A stretch of 64,000 nucleotides of DNA from contig NC_087246.1 in NCBI RefSeq assembly GCF_037042905.1, forward strand, positions 13,844,233-13,908,232, read 5' to 3'. This document shows positions 13,236 to 24,054 of this stretch, one piece after another. This stretch comes from Lytechinus pictus (lineage: Eukaryota). The notes under the pieces are model-generated. The model searched no databases, had not been told where the DNA came from, and was given only the letters and a program-made list of their open reading frames with translations. A program made the position numbers and the translations under genes. The stretch's first letter is position 1, and each line of letters opens with the position of its first letter.

Positions 13236-15730
13236 ATCATTTGGGTTACCTCGAGCGAAGTTCGTGCAGGCTCCACTCCACTACCGCTACACTACAGCTA
13301 CACTACACTCCACCTACCCGAACTTCGAGACGGTGAACCAGTTCGGATATGGATGGAAATCATGCTTATCGTAAATAACTTAATATCTTACTCTACACCC
13401 GTATTTCACTCCGTTTCCATCCTCCGGTTTATTTAATTGCTACCACCAAAGTTCCAAACAGATATCCGAACGGTTTCCGCCCGCGTGGACGGATAACGCC
13501 TTAGTTTAACGGTTTTCATTTTTCGGGTTCGGGTATCCGTGGACACTGATTCACCACTTTCCTGTCACAAAAACTCATTAAATTTAGTAAGACTCACCAA
13601 AAAATTTATAAGTTTTAGACTTTTAGTCGCCAATATAATCACCAATATCAGTTAATCTTCTTCGGTAATAATATATTCCCGCCGAAAACCATCGTTTTTA
13701 TATCAGTTTTGAAACATGACCTGTCTTATATCAGTTTTGGAGCATGACCGTCCGTGAATGGAGTAAAGTTCCATTCTGACAACGATGGCGATTTTACTAT
13801 GGTGTCGCTTAAGATCGTTTTTCTTTCCCGTCTTATGTTTTGATGATTTTAAATGCGTAACTCATAGTATATTTTCTTACCTCGACTTTCAATGCGAGTG
13901 AAGAATGAAGATAATTTGAAACCATTTAAGCGTCAAATAAATGTTGATCGGTTACTCAGGTGTGTCATGTTGTTTCTTGTAATTTATTCATCAAATGCAA
14001 AATGAATTCTACTTTTCTCACAGCAACTTTGGTTACCATGATTAGTTTTGAAACTATGAAAAGTTGAAAACGTCGAATGAATGTTGATTGCGTGTGTCAT
14101 GTTGTTTCTTGTAATTTATTCATCAAATGCAAAATGAATTTTACTTTTTCTCACAGCAACTTTGGTTACAAATGAAGATGATTATTTTTCAAACTATGAA
14201 AAGTTGAAAACGTCGAATAAATGTTGATTGCGTGTGTCATGTTGTTTTTGTGATTTGATAATGGCGGACTTTGTGATGAATGATAATGAGAGTGAAACTG
14301 AAATGAATGACGATGATGATGAGTGATGGCTAGTGAAAATGATTTTAAATAATTATCAAGATTGGTGAAGATGATAGCAATGAATGATGATGAGAATTAT
14401 GAAAGAATGATAATTGTCAATTGAAAATCTCTTTCATGAATTAATATTCAATATATAAATTACAAAACACACATTTTCCTTTCTTTCAGTTTAAATGGCA
14501 TATCCACTATAAATTTTGATATCCATCATCACGTAAACAACAATACTTAAAAGGCGGTATCGTGCCAGAAAAAAGGTTTATGATGTGCGCCCGCCGAGTA
14601 TGTGGTCGGTTGTGAATCGACGTGTTTTGCAGTAAAACTTACTGGTGATGAATGTAAGTGATTAGTTACTGATACTGTGATTAAATCTTGTCTTTAATCT
14701 TTGTTAGAAGTGTGATTATGTTTCAGAAGTTGAGAAATGAGAAGCTTGGCTATAATTTGGGGAATGGGGAGAAACCCGACATGAAAATATTCCAAGTACG
14801 ATCCCATTTGAAGGTGTAGCGAGTGTAATGTGACCAAATATATATCGGACGATTCACTCCAGACACGTCCAGCCAGGACAGCACGTGCGTGAGCTGAATG
14901 ATGTAGGCCTGTCTGGTTTTAGACTTTTAGTAATAGTAGACTCGCACTTACACTCGCCTCTGTCAAATTCATTGCATCTTATTTCATTCGATCGGAACTA
15001 AAAAATAAACACACATACTCTCGCAACCATTAAATGGGATCGTAACTAGGCCTGACTTGTATAACTCAAATAATAGTCATTTACTAATAGCTTACACAGT
15101 CATACGATCTACATTTGTAGCCGTAGCCTCACGCTAACTCACATTAGTCAAATTCAATTGCAAAACAGATTCAACCCAAAATATTCAGCTTCTCGTAATT
15201 TTGTGGTTTTCAGAAATATTTTACCGGTATTAGCGCACGCTGACTCTCGCCATCATCGGATAGGTTCAAAACTCAAATATAACTGAAAATCTTAAATATA
15301 ACTCAAATAAGTGCAAATGGATATTTATTATTATTTTTTATATTTCAGGGTAAAATTTCGGATACCCGTCCGCCGTCCGGTTTTCAGTGTCGGGTATCCG
15401 AATATTGAAATATCCGTTTCAAGTCAGGCCTACTCCGGTTATCCTCAAAATTGGTGATTTTGGGCCAGTATCTTTTTCCTCACACGTATTATTCACGGCC
15501 GATTTCTAAACATCGCATGCGGGTGTAGAGTAAGATATTAAGTTATTCATCTTTCTCGTTATATTTTTTTCTTAAATTTTTACGATAAACATGTTTCCAT
15601 CCCACCTTTGTGACTCGATATATCCGAACTGGTTCACTGTCTCGAAGTTCGGGTGGGTGGAGTGTAGTGTAGCGGTAGTGAAGTGGAGTGGAGCCTGCAC
15701 GAACTTCGCTCGAGGTAGTGCACGCTCCAC
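13236..15730. mobile_element. Non-autonomous DNA-transposon-like element of about 2.5 kb. It has TIRs of about 200 bp (ctacctcgagcgaagttcgtgcaggctccactcc...ccgtatttcactccgt.tccatcctc), subterminal inverted GGATACCCG/CGGGTATCC motifs, and an internal tandem repeat.
   Basis: 13236-13440 is the reverse complement of 15480-15730. Subterminal motifs lie at 13455-13545 and 15355-15420. Confidence 0.7.
13958..14262. repeat. Internal tandem repeat, about 2.3 copies of a unit of about 135 bp (gtgtgtcatgttgtttcttgtaatttattcatcaaatgcaaaatgaatt...)
   Basis: Direct repeats at 13958-14091, 14092-14233 and a partial copy from 14234. Confidence 0.8.
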
Positions 15731-16230
15731 TTCACTACCGCGACACTACACTCCACCTACCCGAACTTCGGGATGGTGAACTCGATCGGATATTCCAAGT
15801 GACAAAGGTGGGATGGAAATGTTATTTATTGTAAAATTTATAGAAAAAAAATATAACGAGAAAGAAAAATAGTTTAATTTCTTACTCTTCACCCGTATTT
15901 CACTCCGTGTCCATCCTCTGGTTATCCTCAAAATTGGTGATTTTTGGCAAGTATCTTTTTCCTCACACATAAAATCACCAATTTTGAGGATAACCGGAGG
16001 ATGGACACGGAGTGAAATACGGGTGAAGAGTAAGAAATTAATCTATTTTTTATTTCTCGTTATATTTTTCAAAATTTTTTTCTATAATTTTTACAATGAA
16101 TAACATTTCCATCCCACCTTTGTCACTTGGAATATCCGATCGAGTTTACCGTCCCGAAGTTCGGGTTGGTGGAGTGTAGTGTAGCGGTAGTGAAGTGGAG
16201 TGGAGCCTGCACGAACTTCGCTCGAGGTAG
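15717..16230. mobile_element. Compact foldback copy of the same TIR family, two arms of about 250 bp meeting at a perfect palindrome centred near 15960. It abuts the right TIR of the 13236-15730 element.
   Basis: 15717-15960 is the reverse complement of 15960-16230. Its terminal sequence is shared with 13236-13300. Confidence 0.7.
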
Positions 16231-17520
16231 ATTGGGGTAGACAGCTGGCAGCCGTCTGTTTCGAGGATTTTTTAAAACATTTTTTTTTTCTCCTCGTGCA
16301 CAAACGGCTCGTGATCGTGCAGCTGCCATTAGGGGATTGACAAAGCAAATTCCCCCAACGGGGCTCATTGATTTGTGTCTTTCATAAAAATTAAAAAAGA
16401 ACTGGACCAAAATAAAGATTATTATTCCTTTTTGGCTTGAATAAGCTCTAAAACGGGAAAAATAAACTTAAAAGGACAATAACAGTGAATTACTTCGGCT
16501 GTCGCGCAACTTCAGTCTTCTCTTCCTTGGTTTATCCGAACTTAATACATAATCATATGGCCATTGAGTCCCTGTACAGATCGAGTTACTCGATGCATGC
16601 AATAATAAGTAACAATTTGAATATTTGAACTGATTTTCTTACTCTTATTTCTTGTAAATATTCTCATTATCATTACCCCAAAAGTAAGTATCTCAAGCCT
16701 CACTAGGAATTAAGCCCTAGCCGAGGCTTTAGTCAGTAAATGTAAAATTCTGCCACCGTGTAACACTAACGACGTAAGTTAAAACTGGCAACGCCTCCCT
16801 TGGCTCGGTCTGTGGGATTTTGAAGCTATGCACACTTTATTTATTTTGGCTTTCGTGCAAAAATATTGCATTTCCTGTGCATTAATTTCACAAATATGTT
16901 CATGATTGTAGGATAAAATAGACAAGATGAATAAATAAAATTTAAATGCAAAATTCCAAGTTGTTGTTTTTATTTGCATTCTGTTGCGGCCTCTAGAAAA
17001 CCTGAATAGGAATCGTTTGTCACAATGCAGTTTGCTGTCACAGTTCCACACACAAAGTGAACATTTTGCATTTGAAACAGATGCGCATTGTTTAAGTGGT
17101 CCATAGCTTCATTCAGCCTTAGGACCCCGCACCATAAAACTTTTAGTCGTTGGGATCCAACAGATTATTAGAAAGAATCTACTGAATTAAATTCTTCTAA
17201 ATAAGAAGTTGAAGGATGACGGGGAGGAGGAGAAGAAGAAATGGGATCTACAAGTACATTGTACACTTGCTATTCTTTGCAAGAGTTTTATGTTACAATT
17301 AAACATTTAGATCTATTTCTTTTCCCCCACAAAGTTATGTACAGTACATGCTAAAAGAAGTTGGAAGAAATTTTAAGACAAGTTTGTAAAATCAGTAGTA
17401 TCTAAATGTTTTTTTTTTCCAATGAAAAATATGATTTTGCAAGGCTTTAGGGTAAATCAGATTAAAAAAAATACATGTATGTCAAAGAAAGGGCACATCT
17501 TGTTTGTATGGCAGTTTTTG

Positions 17521-18618
17521 TCTCACCTGCATAGCAGTGTGAGACTATAGGCGCCGCTTTTCCGACGGCGGCGGCGGCGTCAACATCAAATCTTAACCTA
17601 AGGTTAAGTTTTTGAAATGACAGCATAACTTAGCAAGTATATGGACCTAGTTCATGAAACTTGGCCATAAGGTTAATCAAGTATTACTGAACATCCTGCC
17701 TGAGATTCATGTCACATGACCAAGGTCAAAGGTGATTTAGAGTCAATGAACTTAGACCATGTTGGGGGAATCAACATCAAAATCTTAACCTAAGGTTAAG
17801 TTTTTGAAATGTCATCATAACTTAAAAATGTATGGACCTAGTTCATGAAACTTGGACATAAGGTTAATCAAGTATCACTGAACATCCTGCATGAGTTTCA
17901 CGTCACATGACCAAGGTCAAAGGTCATTTAGGGTCAATGAACTTTGGCCAAATTGGGGGTATCTGTTGAATTACCATCATAACTTTGAAATTTTATGGAT
18001 CTGATTTATGAAACTTAGACATAATAGTAATCAAGTATCACTGAACATCCTGTGCAAGTTTCAGGTCACATGATTAAGGTCAAAGGTCATTTAGGGTCAA
18101 TGATCTTTGGCCAAATTGGGTGTATTTGTTGAATTACCATCATTACTTTGAAAGTATATTGGTCTAGTTCATTAAACTTGGACATATAAGAGTAATCAAG
18201 TATCACTGAACATCCTGTGCGCATTTCAGGTCACATGACCAAGGTTAAAGGTCAATGAACTTTGGGCGAATGGGGGTATCTGTTGAATTACCATCATAAC
18301 TTTGAAAGTTTATGGATCTGATTCATGAAAGTTGGACATAAGAGTAATCAAGTATCACTGCACATCCTGTGCGAGTTTCAGGTCACATGATCAAGGTCAA
18401 AGGTCATATAAGGTCAATGAACTTTGGCCAAATTGGGGGTATTTGTTGAATTACCATCATATCTCTGTAAGTGTATTGGTCTAGTTCATAAAACGTGGAC
18501 ATAAGAGTAACCAAGTATCACTGAACATCTTGTGCGAGTTATAGTAGGTTTCAAAGTCAGCACTGCTGCTATATTGAATCGCGTGATGCAGGTGAGACGG
18601 CCAGAGGCATTCCACTTG
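17521..18618 (+). mobile_element. TIR-bounded element (termini gtctcacctgca...tgcaggtgagac) carrying an internal satellite-like array of 5-6 units of about 170-190 bp
   Basis: Units recur with ggtcaaaggtcatttagggtcaatgaactttggccaaattgggggtat and atcaagtatcactgaacatcctg. A second copy lies in inverse orientation at 62830-63610. Confidence 0.7.
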
Positions 18619-18837
18619 TTTTTTTCTTAACTTAAGTGTGATAATGAATTTCATTTTTTTTTAAACATAATTCATAAGTGGGAAAAAGATACAATTTTAT
18701 TAAACAGTCTTTACACTACAGTCTTTTGCTTTTTCTCTAAGGTTTGGTTTGATATAGGAAGGAAATATAAAATATCTATAAATCTGGTATCTAAGCAAAG
18801 CCTACATCTTTTATAACCTGCTCATCAAACGCTGATG

Positions 18838-19141
18838 TGGTTTACGGTACACCATGTGAAGTGTTGTAGAAACAGTGGATAGGAGAAGAGAAGAAATTGA
18901 TAGGCGAGAAAGTGGAGATTTGAGAGTAGAGTATTCTTCCTTGAAAGTAGTCCTGAAAAGGACTGTAAACCAGGAAAGATTGATGAGTTGAGAACAGCTT
19001 GAGTAGTAGAGCTAGTGAGGAGATGCTGGCTTGAGTCGGCGAGTAGAGATGATGAGTAGTAGAGAGACTCGACGTTTCGGGCAGGTTGACTGTCCGACTG
19101 TCAGTCTCCTGAAGACGGACAGTCAACCTGCCCGAAACGTA
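18838..19141 (+). repeat. Dispersed repeat copy of about 300 bp ending in a perfect hairpin palindrome at 19070-19141 (25-bp arms acgtttcgggcaggttgactgtccg)
   Basis: Shares ggtttacggt.caccatgtg...ttgaaagt..gtcctgaaaaggactgtaaaccag...ctcgacgtttcgggcaggttg with 34830-35076. Confidence 0.65.
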
Positions 19142-19799
19142 CCACATACCACCATGCAAACCTTCAAACAACATCTGCTCATCAAAATATTTAAAAAAAA
19201 AAAATCTTCTGGCTTCTCTTGATATCCTCAATTGAAATGCCCCCAAATAGCCTCTTCCATGAGCATGATAATTCCGCACTGAAAATGGGCCAATTTGTGC
19301 AACGTCACATCACGTCTTTGGTCATCGGCCCTGCACCCCACTGTGCATATGCTTTTAAAATGTAATTTAAAAAATATTCCTATGATGTCAAATAAACTGG
19401 AACATAGACATTCATATATCTTGCTGTGATTAAATGAAATTTCATGCAAAATATGCATGAATTTATGGCCATGATCTTTATGTCATTATTTATATTTTAT
19501 ATGATTGATAGATTTGGATAAGGTGAAACTTTAATCAAAATTTTTTGTGCTCCCATTTGTGAGATAAAAGAACATAACAGTAAAATGAAAAATAAAGAAG
19601 CATAATTTTGGGAGAGTACCATAGAGCTGCCAGTTCACCTTTATTATGAGAAATATTTTTGGCATGTACATGTAGAGTGTGTTGTGTACCAACTTCCAAG
19701 TATTTGACAATCTTGATTAAAAGCTCATGAATAGCCAAATTTGTAGTATCATTTCCTGTATTTCTATTCATGACATACTTACACATCAACTGCTATAGT

Positions 19800-20110
19800 C
19801 ACTGTCCCTCACCTTTTCATTTACTTTTCAGCTTCACTCCCCCTCTCCTTCACAAGCTGTATGCTCACTCACTCTGTATCTCTATCACTTGATCTCTTCC
19901 ACTCTCTTCCTTCATCATCCTTCTGCTCTGTATCCTCCACTCTCTGTCTCTTTATTTTTCTACAGTACATAGCTGTTTCTCCATTTTTCCTGTTCTTTCA
20001 CTCCCATTGTGCTACAGTATTATTTTATCTTACCCTTTCCACCCCCCCTCTCTCTCTCTTTCTCTCCCTCTCTCTACCATCCTCTTTCATTTTGCTATCC
20101 CGCTGACAAT
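19800..20110 (+). repeat. Pyrimidine-rich (CT-rich) low-complexity block immediately upstream of the large gene's first coding exon
   Basis: C+T is over 80% on the plus strand, with (CT)n and (TC)n runs. Confidence 0.8.
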
Positions 20111-20140
20111 CTTTGTAATGCTTATGTTTGTATATAATGT

Positions 20141-20150
20141 TGCTAGTAAA
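20141..20150 (+). promoter_or_regulatory. TATA-like element (gtatataatg) about 155 bp upstream of the first ATG of the large gene
   Basis: tatataa motif at the 3' edge of a long pyrimidine-rich tract (19800-20110). An in-frame TGA at 20268 rules out a longer N-terminus from this exon. Confidence 0.25.
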
Positions 20151-20303
20151 AGAGTACTGCTAATTAAGTTCTTTTAATTGCCATTTCCAGGAACATGTAC
20201 GTATGATGGTAGTATTATCGCAGCTGCATTAAACCATGTGAGAAATCCTGTCATCTGCATTATCCTGTGATTGGATTCTTCCATTAATCAACAACAATCC
20301 GTC

Positions 20304-20961
20304 ATGTTTGGCTGGAAGAAAAAGAAGAAGGAAAACAAGAATACTTCCTCACCCTCTGGAGGTTTTTCATCATCTCTGAACAACCTCCTCAAAGGTTCGC
20401 CCAAGGCCAAGAAGGCCAATAAGCATGGTAAAACTGATATCCTCAGCGGTAGTCAGACATCAGGGAGCAACTCTCCGCACTCTGTCACCGACCGAGCCCA
20501 CCTCACAAACACTCCCACCTCGTTCATCTCCAATGGCTCAGCTTCGCCGTCCCCCAGCAACAACTCCAGCCAGATCACCTCCCAGTTTGTGCAATCCTTG
20601 CCACCGCCAGAATACTCTTTGCGTGTGCCTCCAGAACACAGTCGCCTGACGCCAAAGACAAGTAACTCTGATCACCCATCTTTGCGTGCTACTTACACTC
20701 CACCTCCTGGGTATGGCATTCTGAAGCAGGTTGGTCGACCTGGATCCTCTGCTTCTGAATTGTCCAATGCATCCAGACTCACTTCACCCTCAGCTGAAGG
20801 GGAGGATGCAGACTTTGATGTTACTGGAGAATCAAACAATGTGTCAAAGAGTGCAAACAGGAGCACTCATCCTTCCAAGCCTCTTGAGGATTGGTCAGAA
20901 GCAGAGATTCTGCAATGGTTGAATGACAGTGATCTTGAGTACTTTGCTGACATCTTCCAAG
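20304..20961 (+). CDS. Large gene exon 1. MFGWKKKKKENKN..., an S/T/P-rich disordered N-terminus, ending in the start of SAM domain 1 (...WSEAEILQWLNDSDLEYFADIFQ).
   Basis: ATG at 20304 after an in-frame TGA at 20268; donor CAAG|gtatgt; 658 nt, ends phase 1. Matches ORF 20271..21044. Confidence 0.75.
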
Positions 20962-23118
20962 GTATGTTATCACAATATTATCATGCTCATTGCTCAACAA
21001 TGTACTGTACACTGTTTAAAATTTTAAAATATCTGAAGGTCTAACTATTATAGGGGAAGTTTACCCTGACAATAAATTGGTTTAATAATTAAAAGCGGAA
21101 CAAATAGAGAAAAATATTGGCATTACAAACATGATATTGAAAGAACATCTTAACATAGAGGTACAAATGTATATGCCAGAGAAAGTATACTCCTTTTCAA
21201 TCATGTTTTTTTTTTTCTACTTTTTTTTTTGGGGGGAGAGGGGGGTTAATGTGTTGAACTTGTATTCACACAACCTAATTAAATTCTGATTGATAGATTC
21301 AATAAACATGTATACACCGAGTCATTACATGTATATTCATTTATTTGAATGTAAAATATTGGACACTTTATCCCAATTCAATACTGCATACATACGAAAT
21401 CTACTCTGAAAATGGATGAAACAAGATTGTCTTCTGGCAGTCGGTATCTTGCTTCCGTTCCCTATAAAATAATCCTAATACTTTAAGATCCAGAAGCTCA
21501 AAGTAGCATGTGTCACGCTGGAAAAACTTTGGAAGGATTTTCAAGGAGAAAATTTATTATTTGTGTCATCTGAAGTATTGTACTTAAAATGAAAGTCAAA
21601 TACATATGTAATGCATGTTTTAAACACACTTGAAAATTTTCAGAATAGATCAATTGTCCAAATGATGTCAATGATGAATAATTCCTTTTCAATCAATATT
21701 GTACTGTTTATATCATTCAAAATAGTACATTTCCTCTGCGCATCACTGTTAAAAATACATATTTATTCTTCTGTAACTTTTTAACATTATTTTCTTTTTG
21801 ACACCAAGTGTAATTCTCTCAACAAAAAGTTGTTTGTAATTATGCAGATTGATAAGAATTCGTCATTTTACATGTTGTATAGTAAGAAAGAGTGTTGAAA
21901 TACATTTTGAAAAGTGTCCTTGGTAAGTTTATACCCGTATACATGTATACAGTATTTTTTGCCAAGTACCAGCAGAATTTATTGAAAATTCCCGCCTATA
22001 TCATGTAGGTCAACTGAAATCAATCCCCAAATCCATTTTAAAGCAGCTACATGTAAAATTACCCTGCTTTTTTCTTTCAACTAAGATGTTTTTGTGTCCT
22101 AAATTTTGATGCCCTTGGTTTTATACTATACATGATGTATACATAATTTTTTAATTCCCTGTGTCTGTTTGATTATAAAGTATAGAACAAATGTTCAATT
22201 TATGTGACAAATTTGCAGCTAGTCACTGAAATACCATTAGTCCATTAGCTCAGTTATACATGTAAATGTAATTTAACTGTTATCGTGAACAGGTTTATGA
22301 AATTTACATTCATTTGTCTCAACAGTCATTAGTTCAGGACCCTGTTGCATAAAAGTTACCAATTATGGTAACTTTGCCATCCAATGGCTACTACCATGGT
22401 AACACTGAAAAACAGATGGTAACACTGAAAAACAGCCAATCAGAATCAAGGATTTCATGCAAGTTACCATTGCGTGGCAAACTTACCCCTGTTACCATGA
22501 TGGTATTTATCTTTTACACATCAGGGCCCTGGAGTTTATAACCTGTATTAAAGTTTATTGTACAAACTGCATAACTTGGTATGAATAAATTCATTCAGTG
22601 GCCAATTCTACCTTATCTCCTAATTTTCAGGTCAGGAAATATCCTTCTATTGAAGCGAAGCAGAAGTAAATGAGATACTTCCCAAATCAATTATTTCTTG
22701 TTTCCTTGCTTTTAGGGAAGTTGTTTTTCAAATTGATGAACAAACAAATGATCAATTTTGAGAAGATACATAGATCTATGATCTATATGCTTATTTTCAG
22801 TAAAGTTTTTAATTGCTACATGTACAGTATGCCAGATCTATGATGAGAGTAGATTAGGTTTAGATAGTAAAACATTAATATTTACTTTTACTATGTGGAG
22901 TCTCTAGAATACGTCATTGATCCCCTCCTCCAATGACTGTTGTTGGTTTTTTTTTTTTTGGGGGGGGGGGTTTCAGTGTAGAATTGGTTGTGTTATTTTT
23001 ATTGTATTTAATACTTGACATGTACTAATTCTGTCAAATTCATTAATTCAGATACATGTATTTCTTCCTGTTTGTGTCATTTCTTAAATATTTGCTTCCA
23101 ATTTTCACAATGATACAG

Positions 23119-23169
23119 GTTGTGATATTGATGGGGATTACATTTCCCAAGTCACTGAAGAAGATCTCG
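23119..23169 (+). CDS. Large gene exon 2 (GCDIDGDYISQVTEEDLG), SAM1 continued
   Basis: Acceptor tgatacag|GT and donor CTCG|gtaagt; phase 1 in, phase 1 out. Confidence 0.7.
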
Positions 23170-23959
23170 GTAAGTATGGAATGACTGATCACTATATTTG
23201 ATAAACTATATCTACTGTGTATATAATACTCAATTACATGTATACATGTACATAATCTTACTCAATATGTTCTTCCATTTTATCATTTCTTTTGCTTTCT
23301 TTTTAAAAGGTATTGTACCTATTAGGGTTGGACCTTATGAACCAACTTTCTTTGATTGTTTTGTACTTTCTGCAATTATGGACTAACAATTTTTGAAAGT
23401 ATTATGAATGATAATAACTAATTCAGTGAATTAATTTCATTGTGATTTGATTGTGGTCTCTTTCAGTATGCGAGTCAATAAAATGAAACCTACCAAAAAT
23501 TCCACCAAGTTCATTTTCTGCGTTTTTGTTTTCTTTATTTGAAAACAAGCCTTTTTCAGGGCCACTTTTCTGTAGGGTGTATCACGATATCATATTAGGG
23601 GTTCAATAATTATCCAAGAAGGGAATTGAGGCAATTCATTAGTTCATCCAAGGTCTTGGCCTTCCTGGATGTTTATTAATTTCAAAGACCTTGAAAATGA
23701 AGTGATTATTTGTGTACAGGATCTTTATGGATGTATGAAACTGAAAAGAAAATATTGTTGATGATGGAAATAGAAGTTATTGCCACTCTACTATTAAAAT
23801 GTATAGTATTTTCCCCATTATATTTCTGTTTTCAAAGGATTTGCATTTGATACAAAAACTGGAACAGGTTGTTGATAGATGTATAATGATAAAAGTCTAA
23901 TTTCAGCATCAAAATTTTCGCATTCAAGTTATTTTTTTTTCCTTTTCTATATGCTTCAG

Positions 23960-24054
23960 TTGACTTGGAAGTAGAGGAAGGGAGCCTTAGAGAACAGCTT
24001 TTGAGAGAAATCACAAACCTTAAACAAGAACTTGCACAAGAATCAAATACTCAG
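23960..24054 (+). CDS. Large gene exon 3 (VDLEVEEGSLREQLLREITNLKQELAQESNTQ), SAM1 C-terminal helix
   Basis: Acceptor atgcttcag|TT and donor ACTCAG|gtagta; phase 1 in, phase 0 out. Confidence 0.65.

Noticed and set aside
16091-16410. Two overlapping minus-strand ORFs
   Set aside because: They lie within the terminal repeat of the foldback element, and the sequence is repeated in inverted orientation at 13236-13440.
18842-19279. 145-aa minus-strand ORF
   Set aside because: It lies entirely inside the hairpin-ended dispersed repeat (a second copy sits at 34830-35076) and has no splice context or coding character.
19800-20110. ORF 19861..20106 (LSLSL-rich, 81 aa)
   Set aside because: It is a translation of the CT-rich low-complexity tract upstream of the large gene's start.
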